Shown: positions 46,800 through 60,892 of the stretch, piece after piece
Layout: each line of letters begins with the position of its first letter
Numbering within the stretch: position 1 is the first letter of the stretch
DNA from: Podarcis melisellensis
Lineage: Eukaryota
Assembly: GCA_964234715.1 (NCBI GenBank)
Contig: OZ174280.1
Strand: one strand, 5' to 3'
DNA length: 64,000 nt
The notes under the pieces: model-generated
The model's input: the letters and a program-made list of their open reading frames with translations, nothing else
What the model was told of the DNA's origin: nothing
Databases searched by the model: none
Made by a program: the position numbers and the translations under genes

Positions 46800-47260
46800 C
46801 ATTGTAAACAATATTGTCAACCAAAATCCTGCCAGAAAAGGTGTGTCTTGCACTCTGTCAGAAACCTTTTCTTTCAGGAATGAAATTCAAAGAATATGAG
46901 CAGGGGAAACTGCTGTGAAGGCCTGGCTTGTGACTCATCGTCCAAATCTCATGCAGAGGTGGCACAGACAGTAATGTTTGCTGCATAGAAATCAGCACCC
47001 GCCCGGCTTAAACAGAGCGAGAGACTGCATTCACATTTAACTTTTAAAACCAGCACCTTGAATTGGGTCTGGAAGCAAATTGGCAAGCAGTGCAGCCTCC
47101 CAACACCCATTAGGAGATCTGCCGCAGGAATCCGCACCAATTGAAGCTTCTGTGTCATCTTCAAGGGCAACCCAACATAGAGCGGCATTGCTGTAATAAA
47201 CCAAGTTGCAGAAGCATGGATCAGCGCGGCAAGGTGTGACATGTCCAGAAAATGAAAATG
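46800..47260 (-). mobile_element. L2-clade LINE fragment
   Basis: Minus-strand translation LYVGLPLK..QKLQLV...AA.LL.G...LH.LPI.F..QFKVLVL is typical of the L2 ORF2 C-terminus. Confidence 0.75.
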
Positions 47261-49653
47261 TTTCTTCTGAACCAAAGATGGGGGGGGGGGGAAATAACTC
47301 TGACCTGTTCTGGCTTCAGGAATACCCTCCAGGCTTTTACCTGCTCAGATAGGGTTATAGAGATCCTACAGCCATTTTCCCTTCCCTGTCCACCTTGCCT
47401 CTGGCTTGTCAGTTGTAACCTGTTATCCACTATTCCCTTTACTGCACCTTCCAAACTCAAAAGTGTTTGAGCAACAACAAGCCCATAAAGGAGGGGGCCT
47501 TATAAGACTCCTCTCTGCAAGTTTATTATATGATCTTTGTGATCATTGGCTTATGGCTAAGGCTGCAACTGGTGCACATACATCACTTTCAGTTAGTGGA
47601 ATTTACTTCTGAGTAAATGTCATTGTAGTGCAAGTATGTTTGTAGTAGAAAACAATATGGCACAAACAGAACTCAAACATTTAAGTGGATATCCAAAATG
47701 GAGAGGAGAATGGAACCAGGGAGGAGGTAGTGGCGGTGGTTAAAGGGAGAAAGAATCAGCATCAGCCTATCAACTTATCTCTGGTAAGTGTATTGACATG
47801 GTGGCATAGGCCTTAGATTCGTTCCTTAGTTGAGTGAGCTGGCCAACCAACATACAAAAAAAAAGTGCCCTCTAAACACTACTTGCCCCACAAAATGAAA
47901 ACAAGCTGAGGAATGATTTTATTCTGATTGGCATTGTGACCAAGTCATACATACATTCCAAATGGGTTGCTCACAACAGGTTATTATAACTTACTAGATT
48001 TCCACTGGGAAGGGTAAATCTGGATTAAAGGGTGTGTGTGAAATAAGGACACATATAGAGGCTAGTGAGTCATGGATGCTGCAGAAAATACCCATGCATG
48101 AGAAGCACCCATCCCACAATAATCACCCATCTGGAAGAACCCTGAAGCTAGCACTGTAAATGACTGAAGGCAAGAACAATTCCTTGGTAAACCTGAAAAG
48201 ATTAAAAGGAAGCGTGCAGGAGCTGGAGCCCGTGGCTGTTGCCAAAAACCAGGGGTTGTCTCTAATGGATTTCAGCTGGTCATAAACATACGAAGTTGCC
48301 TTGGTCCATCTGCTCTAGTGCAGTTTACTCTGACTTGTCAGCAGATTTCCAGGTTTTGCATGGAGATCTTTCTCTGTGCCTAGAATGGAAGCTGACGTCT
48401 TGCTACCTGAGCTGTGGCACTTGTTCTCAGCTACAGGACCTTGTGGTTTCAAATGCAGAGAAACCCAGCTTCTCTCATTCCACCCCCACCCCCCATTGCA
48501 GTCTAGCATCCAGATAGAAGCAAGTTTTTTACTGGGCAAAAGACTCAGCAGCGCTGAGAGTAAATTTCACAAAGAACAATGGGATGGATACCAAAAACCA
48601 AGGGTTGGAGTGGATGTCCTGCATGCTGCTCAGCAGCAAATGAAGAGGGAGAGGGAAGAGGCCAGACTTTAATGCTATTCCAGCTTCAACCTCATATTGC
48701 AAAAAACGAAATAAAAATGGGGAAATTGGGAATTTCATCCATCTGATCACGAAACTCCAAAGGGCAAAGCTGGGTGGTCCCTAGTGGCTCCTTCCCAGGG
48801 GCGTTGGTGCTAAGTAGCTGGGGGTTTCAGTCCCATGGAAAGCTAGAAGGAGGTTGCTGGAACACTGATAATTGCACTAATTCATCAATCCATCGGCAAA
48901 CGTAGCATCCCTTCCCCGTCGTCCCTGCCAAAGACGTGTCACCCTTCTGCTTTTGCCAAGTCTCGAAGGTCTTGGCTCGGGGTGAAGCTGGGATAGCACC
49001 AAAGTCTAGGGTCTCCTTGGCTCATAAGCTACTGCTGACTGGTGGCCCAAACCTTACAATTTTAGCTTTTTTCTAATTAAAAATGCATTTTTTAAAAAAA
49101 TTAAAAAGTGAAAGAATTCCTGTTTTAGAAGAGCTGTGTACTTGACGGATTCTGTGTTTCTTAAATGCATGGTGTTCCTTCCAGGGGGTTTTATAGCACT
49201 TTTTAAATTTCTCGGAAGATTTTTTGGTCCCAGTTTCTATGCTACCTTCTTTCTCTTTCTCTTTCTCTTTCTCTCGCCTTTTTGTTTTGGTCTCTTTCTT
49301 TTGCGGAAACAGTTCTTTGTAAACCTGCAATCTGTTTTATACCTGATGTAGACAAAATTGAAATCAGAAATTCCAGATGTTGTACATAGCTGCGGAAACA
49401 ATCACAGGGAACAACTGCCATCTGGACTGTTTCCAACATAGACCATTTGTACTTGTGGTTTTAAAAAAAAGAAAAGAAGCCAGGAAAAGGCTTTAAAAGC
49501 AAAATAAAAATTAAAAATAAATAAATTAAAAATCACCAACAAAGTAAAGTAACAGCCCTCTTCACCAACTCATCTGTCTCTACTAAGCTGCTCATTCCAT
49601 GCAGCATGTTCCTTCTGGGTCTGTCAGTCTGTCATAACACCATTTGAAGTTTA

Positions 49654-49659
49654 AATAAA
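49654..49659 (+). terminator. Candidate distal polyadenylation signal
   Basis: AATAAA at the end of a UTR-like block, followed by GU-rich sequence. Confidence 0.55.
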
Positions 49660-50819
49660 GTGATCTCCTGTGTTGCCTGAATGTTGATCCTCTCTGTTTG
49701 GAAGAATGCTGACAAGAACCAGAGTCCTCTCCCTTTGATCAACACGATGGAATCATGTAGCACAAGGGATCTCGGGGTGCTGCCCACCTGGGCTTGTACC
49801 ATTTCAAAATGGGGGGTGGGGGGCGGTATATGCATAATGGCTCCCTACCATCAGAAGCTACATGCACTTAGGTAAGTAGCACAGCCAGGAGAAGATAAGA
49901 CTAGAAACTGAGACACTAGTTTTCCATGGAGATTTATGGAGAGCATCCAGCACCATAGTTTCCCACCTTGTGTTTGGAAGTGGTACAATTCAAGGACAAC
50001 CTGGTTCTTTTTAACCTGCAGCTAATTTCTGGTTCCCTTGCTAGTTGCGGTTGCCTAGGGGCTGATTGTGTGTGGCTATGTGTCTGTCTTCATCCCATTA
50101 CCTTCTTCTGTCCTGTAATCCAAATGCTGTCCTGTAATCAGTGCTTTAGCGAAGCAAAAATGGCACTAGGGGAAAATGCAGTTCTCAGACTTGTTTCAGA
50201 ACAGCCATGGCGACGACATCTGCTGGAGGACTAGCATAATTGGCAGGCCCTCATTGCCTCAGGCAAGTGAATTGAGTGATACTGAGGCTGTCAATTTTTT
50301 CTACTATGTTTTAACAGATTAGCATGGAGCTGGGGTGCAGAATCACTAGCCCTTCAGATGTTGCTGGAGTGCAGTTCCCCTTATCTGTGACCATTGACCA
50401 TGCTAGTTGGGGCTGATGAGAGGTAGAATCCAACAGCAGTTGGATTCAGGGGTGGGTTCCTCCACTCATAGCATAGGGAAAGAATTAGAAAAATTTGAGG
50501 AGGCTGGATACGTCTTCGTCTTTTGTTTGATGTAGTTCCTACTTCACACCAACACTTCTTTTGCAAATTTGCATTTCAAATTAAACCTAAAGCTTTCATT
50601 TCAGCTGGCTGGAGGTTTTGTTGTTGTTTTGTTAAAGCTCAATAGGTTGGCTTACAAACTGAATCTGTGCTCTCAGAAGCAAGCACCTTCTGAGTTCAGT
50701 GGAGCTTACTCCCAGGTAACTATGATTGTAATCACGCAACATGACAAACAAAAACAGATCTTCCCAATCATACTCAAACATGCTAACCACTACACCACAC
50801 CTTTTTATTATATATAATA

Positions 50820-51630
50820 TAAAGTGGCAAGTGGGGTGCAACAGGGATATGTCTTGGACCCGTTGTTCAACATATTTATAAATGACTTGGATGATGGAAT
50901 GAAGGGATGCTCAACATATCTGAAGATGACACCAAACATGAAGGGGTAGATAAGGCCACAGAATTGGTATTCAATATGGCCTTAACAGGTTGGAGAGCTG
51001 GGCCAAAACTAACAGAGTGAATGTAAGGTTCTACACTTAGGCAGGAAGAACCACTTGCACCAATGGGGGACACTTGGCTTGCCAGTAGTACATGGGAAAA
51101 GGATCTAGGGGTCTTAGTGGACCACAAGCTTAACATGAGTCAACAGTGTGATGCAGCAGCAAAAAAAGGTCAATGATCTTCCTGGCTGCATCAACAGAAA
51201 TATAGTGTCCTGATCAAGGGACGTCATAATTCCACTCTATTCTGCCTTGGTCAGACTACACACAATTCTGGGCACCACAGTTTAAGAAGGATATTGACAA
51301 GCTGGAACATGTGCAGAGGAGAGTGACCAAGATGAGCAAGAGTCTGGAAACCGAGCCATATGAAGAATGTTTGAGGGAATTGGGTATGTTAAACCTGGAT
51401 AAGAGAAGGCTTAGAGGAGATATGACAGCCATCTTCAAAAATCTAAAGGGCTATTACATGGAAGATGGAGTAAACTTGTTTTCTCTTGCTCCAGACTCAA
51501 ACCAATTGATTGGACTCAAACCAATGGATTCAAGTTCCACACAAAAAAGATACTGACTGACTTTCTGATAGTAAGAGCCATTTGACAAAAGTGGAATGGA
51601 CTCACTTGGAAGGTGGTGGACCATTTCTAA
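50820..51630 (+). mobile_element. CR1 LINE fragment (degenerate reverse transcriptase and C-terminus)
   Basis: Decayed GV.QG.VLGP.LFNIFINDLD and DDTK motifs; QRRVTKM..LE...YEE.LRELG..NL.KRRLRGDM. Confidence 0.9.
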
Positions 51631-53166
51631 GCTTACTCTGTTTCCTGTGAAACCAACCACTGCCCAGACCAGCACCAGACTATCAGATGAATGTTGGTTA
51701 AAAGACTCATCACTGTAGCCTGCCTCTTCACATTGACTAGGATGTGGGTGATTGATTAGTCTCCATTATCAGACCATTTAGTGCATTTTGGTGTGTATTG
51801 TTCTGAGTGATGGGGTCTATTCACTGAAGAAAGTGTGTCAGCTCCGCACCAGCTCTTTATTTCCTGCTCATTGGTCACTTTGCTTGTTAGCACAACCTCA
51901 TGACACCTGACAGGACTCATCAATGACAGCATTGATTCCAAGGGAAGCCTTTTGCCAATGGGGACAGTCTAACCCAATAGCAGAATTTGGCTGGAGCTCA
52001 GGATGTGATGGTTGCTAGAGGAATATTTTATCAAACAATTGCTTGCTGGCTCCCAAAAAAACCAATGGGGAGTAAGGGATTCTCAAGGTCACTACACTTA
52101 AACGGATGTCGGTACAGATGCAGAGGTAGAACAAGATTGCAGTTCCACCAATTGTTGACATCATTGATGACTGAGCTGATTTTAAGGTACCACAGACAAA
52201 AGTTGAAATGTATCGTCCCCATTATCTTGGGGTGGGGCCCATTTTGATAAGACCACTGCAATCTTATTGGGAAGCTCTGCTGAATACAATGCACTACACA
52301 GGTGGACATCTCTGAGGGTGATGGCATCTACCTTGTGGAATGATTTCCCCACAGAAGTAACAATGTTGGATGGCTTCCACTGGAGGTTAAAAATACACTG
52401 GTTTACCCAGTTATTTTCCTGATCTCCCCCAGTATTGCCTTCATATTCCCCAGCTGAATCAGTTTTGAAAATTGGATATGATGATGATGATGATGATGAG
52501 GTTTTATATGCCAGCCGCTTTGATAATCACCAGAGAAAAGTTAAATGTGGTATATATACATATTGGACAACCTAGAGAAAGTTTTGTGGTTCTTCTTCTG
52601 CTATGTACACCTGATATGTCTCACCCACCACACGAATATAATTGTCATAACTCCTATGAAACTGGGTCAGTTGCAATTTAGGGCTATGCATTCATTTCAC
52701 AACAAATGAGACACCAAACCAGATGGAACCATTTAGTGCAATTTCATTAATTACAGAAGGAGCGGCGGGAATAATCGGTGGGTATGAATAGGGTTCTTGT
52801 TACTCCACTGGTTCCTGTTCACCATCCTTTCAATGGTGGGGGGTGGGGGCTGCTTCTTTTGTTTAGGGCCAGTGAAGCCGCTTCCAGCACCTCCTTCAGG
52901 CAGCTGCACCAATGACAACAAAATGTAAAAGAAACAAAAAAAGACACAATGCCTGTAAGAAATGAATAACTAAAGTAATGAGATGATTAACAAGAGCAAG
53001 AGGGAACTGATCAACATCTCTATCATAAACAAACACATGTTTGTTTGGAAGGTAGTTTCATTGTGTGAAATCACCTTGCTCCCATGAGCTGTGTTAAGGA
53101 CTGCAGCCTCAGACACAGCAGAATACAGCCATTCTGATTTTATTCCAGCAAGATATATGTGATAAA

Positions 53167-53285
53167 ATCATAGAATCAAAAAGCTGAAAGGGACCACCAG
53201 GGCCATCTAGTCTAACCCCCTGAAAATGCAGGAATCTTTCACCCAACCTGGGTCTCGAACCCAAGACCCAACTGAGCTATCTCAG
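53167..53285 (-). mobile_element. Internally deleted copy of the tRNA-Lys/CR1-tail SINE
   Basis: Same tail and partial head as 3617-3758. Confidence 0.7.
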
Positions 53286-54794
53286 GTGATGTTTGAAGAG
53301 AGCCATAGCCATGTTAGGCTTATTAGAGTTCTCCAAAGAAATGGTACTGCTACAAGTCTTTCCACATTCTGAATTCCAGATAAACTACTTGGGAGTATTT
53401 TAAGAACTAGTGAGGAGTATCAGGGCCCTTTGGGACTTTTCTTTTGTCTTCTGGCCCCATTAACTGAAAATACATGTTGGCATTCTAAGCACATTGACAA
53501 TAGGGCAAAAATAATTAGGGCTCTTTGTTCACTTTGGGCAAAGCATGAATCCAAACCAAAGAGGCTCATTTCAGAGATGTTTGGGCCACTTTGGAATCTG
53601 TAGCAACTGAGGCCCCAAACCATCTCAACCAAAGTGGGGAAGATGCCAAAGAACTGCTTTGAAGCACTGAAAAGGTATGTACATTCTGAAGCCTATTGGA
53701 TGCATTTTTGAAACCTTCCCCAACCTCAGAATGCAGTTCTCTAGGCGAATAACCTGTACAAAAATATATTAAGGTTGTGTGCATAAAATTGAAATATTAG
53801 TGAAACTAATATTTTAAATGCCTTATATTAGAGGAAACTGCTTTGCAAAAGTATATGCATTAGAAGAAGTTGCATAAAAGTAAGACTTATTGGGAGAAAT
53901 GCTAACAATACTGAAATACTGCTAACTTTTCATGCGGAGCTTTTCTTTCAAAAAGAATTGCAAACTTATGTGGCCATGTGGAGGCTGGAGTGATGAGAAA
54001 CTGAAATGGACTGTTTTGCAGATCCTGAGGCTCAGGAGTTCTAAGCACCTTAGAACTGACTCTCCTTTCTTCTTACTCACCTGCATTTCATGCCAGAGCA
54101 TTTTCATTTCTGCAAATAAATAAATAGAAATTGCAACACACACACACACACACACACAAATATGATTTAGCCTGTCCGTGGTTTTCTTAATGCAGAATCT
54201 GGGTTTGTTGACATTGGTTGGAATTCAACTTTGTGCTCCTCCAACCAATGTATCGGTGGAAGCATCCCAGCTTCGCAGATGGAGCAATACCCCCTCCTTC
54301 AAACACTGTTCTGGGGTTTTCTTCTGACACCAACACCCCAAGCCAATTTTTGAGGCTGCAGGGCATGCGGAGAATTTCTCATTGCACAAGCAGAATTATT
54401 TGTGCTGGGCTTCCACTGACGGAACTGCTCACAGCACACCAATTCACACTTTATGCGGCGGACTCGCCTAACCCATAAATATGTGCCAATGAGCTACAGT
54501 CAGCTACACTCCCGGTGGTGTATTCCTGGCACCTAGACACTTTGGCATTCTAGGGGGTTCAGGGCAGCAAGCATAGGTGTTAACGCATGTGCTTTATGAA
54601 GTTTGAATCCACCCCTCTAACGTGCCTAGCCATGGCTCTTGGTGGTGCTACTAACAGATTTCATGGCTGTTGGCTGTTGCATTGCTGTGAGCATACGTAT
54701 TCAATAATTTAAAGTCCAGTTGTATTTCCCAATGAATGGCCTGTAAGCTGAAATAGTGGGCTGCATACAAGTGAATTAGGAATTTACACCTTAC

Positions 54795-54813
54795 AGCCAG
54801 CAGATGGCACCAT
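54795..54813 (+). promoter_or_regulatory. Candidate CTCF site
   Basis: CCAGCAGATGGCAC matches the CTCF core consensus. Confidence 0.5.
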
Positions 54814-57750
54814 AGCTATTTGGAACTGACCCAGCTTCTTGCACCTTGCTCGGATAAACTCGGTACTGCAAAAACCTCTAATAATAAATCTATCTGGAAG
54901 AGAGACAGGGCAGTGTTCAAATTACATGACCTAACCCTGCTAAGTTCTGGATTGTCCTTCTCTCACAGCAGACTGCCCTCCCTTCTTTTAAGCTTTAGAA
55001 TTGTCCCTGGATCCCTACTGCCTGCAGGAAAGAAGCAATCACTGCCATGAATTAGAGGATCTGAATCATATGCTCCAGCCTCTAACAGCAGTGAGTTAGG
55101 GTCTAAATGGCCTAAGGAAAGCCATCAGAGACCCAGCATTGTGCCTTGTCTCAGTTAGCAGCAAGGGGTACAATATAAATGTCCCAGTGTATCAAAACCT
55201 GTTCTGCACATTGATAGGTCTTGCCATACCATGGAGTCTTGGGAGACATCCGTATCACAGCTAAGCTGTGTGCAACAGTTCCTTGTTAGCTGCTGCTCCT
55301 TTTATTTTTTAAGTCTTGTTAGCTAGCTCGTACAACGTCCTACAGAGGAACCCAGTGTGTGCTCCAAGCTGATCAAAACAAATGACAGCAAAATAGCTGC
55401 CTTGGCTAAAGAAAGTCAAAAGGTTTTGACCATGCTGAAACAAATGCCCCTACTGTTGCAGGTGGTTCTGATGTTCTTATATCAAAGGTGATCCCTGCAA
55501 AGCTATCAAACACAGGCAAACTGTGACAACACTCTTCTATGACTGTAGTAGCTAGGTTATATTTTCTTCCATAGTTTTATAAAAATAAACCAAGATGACA
55601 AGGGCATATGGCACCAATCCAAGTCTATTTCTAGGGTCTCCAATGTGGCATATTTGGGCACCAGGGTGCACTCTGGCATCCTCTTTAGCACCCACCAAGT
55701 GCCTTCGCCCCTCTGCATTTTTATATTTTTATTTTAATTGAGAGCTTTTCTTCTGTATGGTAGGGGACTATTGTGATGGTTGCTTTTTAATCCGTGTTTT
55801 ATTTGTTGGAGAGGATAGGCGTTTTGCCTCCTCGAGAAGGGTTCAGAGCATCATCAGTTTTTCTTCTGTGAAATGGGTAGTCTCTAGTGCCTCCTAAAGT
55901 TTTTTAGATCTCCAAATGTGGCCTCTGCAACCAAAAGGATCGCGGACCTCTACTCTAGTTACATGCTATAATTAGTGGCCATGGCCCTGATAAGGAATAC
56001 TTTTCCATCCATCTCTGCAGCCCATTCAGTGGGGTCTGGGCAAAGTACACAAATCAGGATAACCCTTCATGAAAGCATACATTCCACAATAGATTTGTTA
56101 GGTGCCACAAGCCTCTTTGCTATTTTCATTGGTTGTTAGATTACCACGCAGCCTTTTTCTCTGTGGCTTGGGGGTGGGGGTGGTGCATTTGATTGTGATT
56201 AGAAGTTGTGACAGCTCCAGGTGACCTTCCTCAGTGGCCTGCCCCATCTGTCAGTGTTTTTGCTGCCCCCGTGACAGAGTCGAGTGCTGCCTCTGCACCT
56301 TCCCTTGATTGAAGCCCTGGAGGCTGGATGATGGATGGCCTTCTCTTTCCACATTTCTTCTTCTGGCCTCAGGACTGACACCATGAGATTGAGCAGCAGG
56401 CTGGTCCCTCCCTTTGCCTACATTATCCATGACAATCGCTGTGAAATGAAGGCTGAGGTTGATGGCTGCATCTCCCAGGGGGTGGAAACCAATATGGCGC
56501 ACTGAGCAATGGAGAGGCAGATGCTTTGAGCTACTGGACGGTTAACTATGGAAAGCAGGGTGGTCAGATGCAAAAGGAGATTGCAGCACCTTTAACAGTT
56601 GTAATAGAAGGGGGTGGTGCAGGATTTCAGCAAGCATTATTATTATTATTATTATTATTATTAATTCCCCACCCATATGGCTGGGTTGTCCCAGCCACTC
56701 TGGGCAGCTTCCAACACATATAAAAACATAATAAAATGTCAAACATTAATAATAACAATCTGATCCAATACAAACAGATTCTGTCTCCTACCACCCTCTT
56801 CCACCAGATAGGCTTATGGGACAGATCTCTTATATGGCAGCTGAGACCAAGTAGTTTACCAGATCCAGAATAAATAAATGCTCCCACTGCTCCCTGTTGG
56901 GTATCTGAGGTGAGATACCCATTTAGCAGAAGTTGCTCCCAATTCCAGGCACCACACAGAGGCAGCTTAAGGTAGGTGTTTTGCTTTTGGAAAACTTTAG
57001 CTTTTTAATCATAAGCATTTTTGTTGTTGCTTCCTCAGCTATTGCCTCCAGCCTTGGCTTCTGTTTCATGTTGGTCTTCTGCTGGAAGCAAAGCACATGT
57101 GATAACAGTTAGCCAGAAAAGGTAGTCCAGTTCTGATGCATGGGGTGCAAAACCCACATGATGTCATGCACACCACATTCTTGAGAGGGAGGCAGATACT
57201 GTGTTTGCACAGAAATTCAAAGGCACTTCAAAATCTTACAATGGATTAACTTTTGTCTGAGTTCATCTTATGAATTATGACAGTTTCATTTGACCCAGGC
57301 TCCCTTGTATCCACTAGAGGGAATAGGGTTACAAAGGGCTTCAGGGAGGGTGGCTGTGAGCTTGAGTTAATTGAAATCAACAGTGAAGTCTCAGACTCAT
57401 TAATATTAGCAGTGCTGACTCTGTTTGTTAAACCCTGTTGGACTGATCTTTCCCATTAGCTTATAAAAATAAGAAATAGGTTATTGCAAATCTTGGGTTG
57501 GCTGCTCCTTTCACTGTCTGGGTGGGGTTGGGAGGAAAGCTAAGAAGCTTGCAGCAGTCCACTACAGAAATCAAGCAAAATAAATTGCATCCAACTCACT
57601 AGGCCATTCTTAAAAAGACATATAAATATTCTATCAAATTCTAATGGATAATACAATTTAATGATGTAGGTAGCATTACTTGCTATAACCAGTCTTCCCA
57701 CCCATATAGTTAACTATCTTACCTACAGGAATAACAAAGGGGTTAAAAAC

Positions 57751-57840
57751 CATAGCTATCAACGTTTCCCTTTTTTAAAGGGAAATTCCCTTATTCCAAA
57801 TAGGATTCCTCACAAGGAAAGGGAAAAGTTGACAGCTATG
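57751..57840. mobile_element. Miniature hAT-type MITE (90 bp)
   Basis: TIR CATAGCTRTCAAC/GTTGACAGCTATG; 8-bp TSD ttaaaaac. Confidence 0.88.
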
Positions 57841-60605
57841 TTAAAAACTACTCTTTGCATATCTATTTGGAGACAGAGGTTCTATCTCAGAGGGAAGCAC
57901 ATGTTGGGCATGTGCATAGGGTCCCAGATTCAATGCCTCCTGTCTCCAATTGAAACGTCTTTGGCGGCAGAGCTGGGAAAGTTGTTTGCATGTGACATTG
58001 GGAAACTGCCGCAAGCCCCTAGCCTAGATAGACCATTGATTTGGTTTCATTTAAGTGGTGTTGTGTATAGCTCTCAGTTTTGAGCAGATGTTAAGAAATT
58101 GGTGGGAGGATAAGCAAAATTTTCCAAGGCTAGGAAGTGCCCTGCAAATGCCTTTGCCCCACCACATAAATAACAGGAGTTGAGAAAATTGTGTTTAATG
58201 TGCATAATTTATACAGATTACAAAACTTGGTATTGACTTTGTGCTGGCTGGTGCAAAATGATTTTTTAAAAAACACATCACACAGCTCTGAGTATTGCAG
58301 CAACTCCTTCACTAATACAGTATGAGAGATTCAAACAAATTAGGATTTCAGTGTTTAATCAGTAAGTTAATTAGCTGATCAGTTAAAAAAATTACTAGCA
58401 GGACATTCTTATATACACTTTCCTGGGAGTAAGTCCCATTGAGCTCAGAGTACACATGTATTGTACTGTAAAATAGTACCCCCAGTTCATCAGGCAGTGC
58501 ATGTACACGTGTGTGTGCATGCGTGTGTGTGTGTTTGCTGAGAGATATGAGCCATAGATGGCAAGCACAATTTAAGAGAAGCCATCTCCCTTCTCTCACT
58601 CACAGGAAGGTTTTCTCATCTAAGATCCTGCCTGCTCTGACAAGTGTGTGTGTCACTTAAAACCAAAGGAAGTATGCTTCATACTCCAGAAAGACTGTTT
58701 TACAAAGCATATGTTTACTGAAACTTATATATGATTAATGGATACAAACATATTTATTGGGGTTGCAGCCCTAGTACAAGGCCAGGTGATTCAGAGCCCC
58801 CTCTGTGCATGGCAAGGCTTCCTGTCCTCTCCTCTGAAGTGGAATACTTTGCAGGCACGGATTCTGCCTGATGCCTGCAGAAACGCACATCAAGGCAAGC
58901 AGGGAAGTCTTTGTGTGAATGGTGCACAGCCTTACATAAGTCTCGAGACTTGGGATAGCTCTCCAGTGAAAAATCAATGAAGTTATATATTGTAGAATCT
59001 ATTTGGGCCTCTGGAAAGGTTTACTTCTTCCCAGTCTGGACAACGGTCAGGCAGAATGGTAATCAGCTCCGTAATTTGTTGCCTGTCAACCTCTAGAAGA
59101 CCACCACACTTTAGAAAGGCTCTGAAGACTTGTTTGTTTCAGGCAGAGCTATGCATGGTGTGTATGTGTGCATAGCTTTATTGCTCTCAGAAATGGATGA
59201 ACTGGAGATTTTATATTCTGGGGTGGGTAGGTGTATCATTACTGCAGGCTCATTTAGCTTGCAGTGCTGCTAGAAGTAACCTTGTCTCTTATATTTTCTA
59301 TTTCTGTTGTGTTTTGGAAATTTTTATCATGTAAACTACCTTGAGGAAGCTTTGCTTGGAAAGGTGGCCTAGAAATGTTTTTAAAATTGTATTTTCAGTT
59401 TTGGTCACTGTCCTCTTCAACTGGAATTAATTATGCACAGCACAAGGATTTTCAATCAATCAATCAAGAGTCTCTGCAGAGGAAATGACCCACTGTCTGA
59501 AATCAGTAAGGCCCTGATCCACTGAAAACCTAAACTTGAGCTTGAGTTTCTGTGACTGTAACTGACTGGTGCAATTATTTACAGACAAGTGAATATTTTT
59601 TATCTGTTCCCAAGCAGCACAACTCCAGCTTCCTTTTCCTGAAGGAGGTTCACTCCAGGAAACAGTATACCTTTTGCTTTATAACTCAACTTGCACCAAG
59701 GCCTCAGGGTAGGTGAAAACAGTTTTATCTGGGAGGCTTAAAGGAGAAGCTTCCCAGTTCTTAGGGGGTTCATTTTTATTAGGTATTATGCCAACAATGC
59801 TAAAATGGCTCAATACCAACCATGACTGACCACTTGGCCCCCTCACCTCTCTGAGAACTGCCAGCTATAAAATTTCAATTCCTGCAAATGAAACCATTAT
59901 TTATATGAATCTACTCCATTATAATTTGGCTCAATCGTTTTTGGCAACTGACTGGGAAGGAGCTATAAGAAGTCTGCAGAGTGGGTTCGCTTTGTGTTTT
60001 GTGAATTGCCTGTGGTCACCTAAGTCAAGCAATTCCCATGTGCTAGATTAAGGTATGCTCATAAGTGATGAGAGTCTTTTGTTGCCAGGTGATTGGCAGC
60101 GGCTGTTCTGGCAGTCTGGCACAAGTGATTGATGACAGCAACTCCCGTTCTGAGAGCTGATTGGTGGGTCCCAAACTAGGACAAAAAATCATTTGTGGCT
60201 CTCTCTCCCCTTGATGAAATACACGGGAAATGCTAGCCTAAATCATTTCCTTTTTCACTATACCACTTTCAAGTACCAAAAGTCTCCTTCATAAGGCTGG
60301 CACTATTACCAGTGAGGACCTTCCTTTAAGGCTCCTGGCTCTCATCTCAGTGGAGGAGTGAAGAGAGAAGCCTTCCTTTTCCCTGCTGCTGCCTTTGGAG
60401 TGTGAATCAGCCCCCCCCCCCCGCCCATCCCTTTAATTCACCAAGGAAAAGCAAGATATGTAGCTGCTTGCTATGTTTTTAAGTGCACATCTAGTTTGGC
60501 TCCAGGGCATTAGATGCAGGGAATACTGCTGTTAATCCAGGCAAAAGTTCCAACCTGACTTAGCGGTGATTATAGTCTTTCCAGGCCAGGCAGATCCAAA
60601 AGGGG

Positions 60606-60642
60606 TGTATGTATGTATGTATGTATGTATGTATGTATGTAT
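60606..60642. repeat. (GTAT)n microsatellite
   Basis: Directly visible in the sequence. Confidence 0.95.
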
Positions 60643-60817
60643 TATGGAGTCAAGGAACCTTATGCTGCCTACTCTATCCTACAGCTTCATTACCCCCCCA
60701 CCCCCCACATCGGGGCAGCAGCAGCAGAGAGGATGAGGGGTTTTGCTTTTAGCCTCAGCAGATTCTGCAGAACCTGTTCTTACCATGATGCTCTTGCCCT
60801 AAGCCCTTAGCCCTAAT

Positions 60818-60892
60818 CATAGCTGTCAACTTGGAAATTCCCTTATTCCGAATAGGATTCCTCGCAAGAAAAGGGAAAAGTAGACAGCTATG
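60818..60892. mobile_element. Miniature hAT-type MITE (75 bp), same family
   Basis: TIR CATAGCTGTCAAC/GTAGACAGCTATG; 8-bp TSD gccctaat. Confidence 0.88.

Larger units (their letters stand above)
37445..49680 (+). other. NAV1: Probable long NAV1 3' UTR (up to about 12 kb)
   Basis: Follows the stop codon. U-rich UTR-like blocks at 38.1-38.3, 44.8-45.4 and 49.1-49.7 kb, Pumilio elements, and a terminal AATAAA. The extent is inferred, not shown. Confidence 0.5.

Noticed and set aside
56030-56130. Further hammerheads in Penelope-like remnants (also 46720-46790)
   Set aside because: The core nucleotides and stems are decayed or absent.
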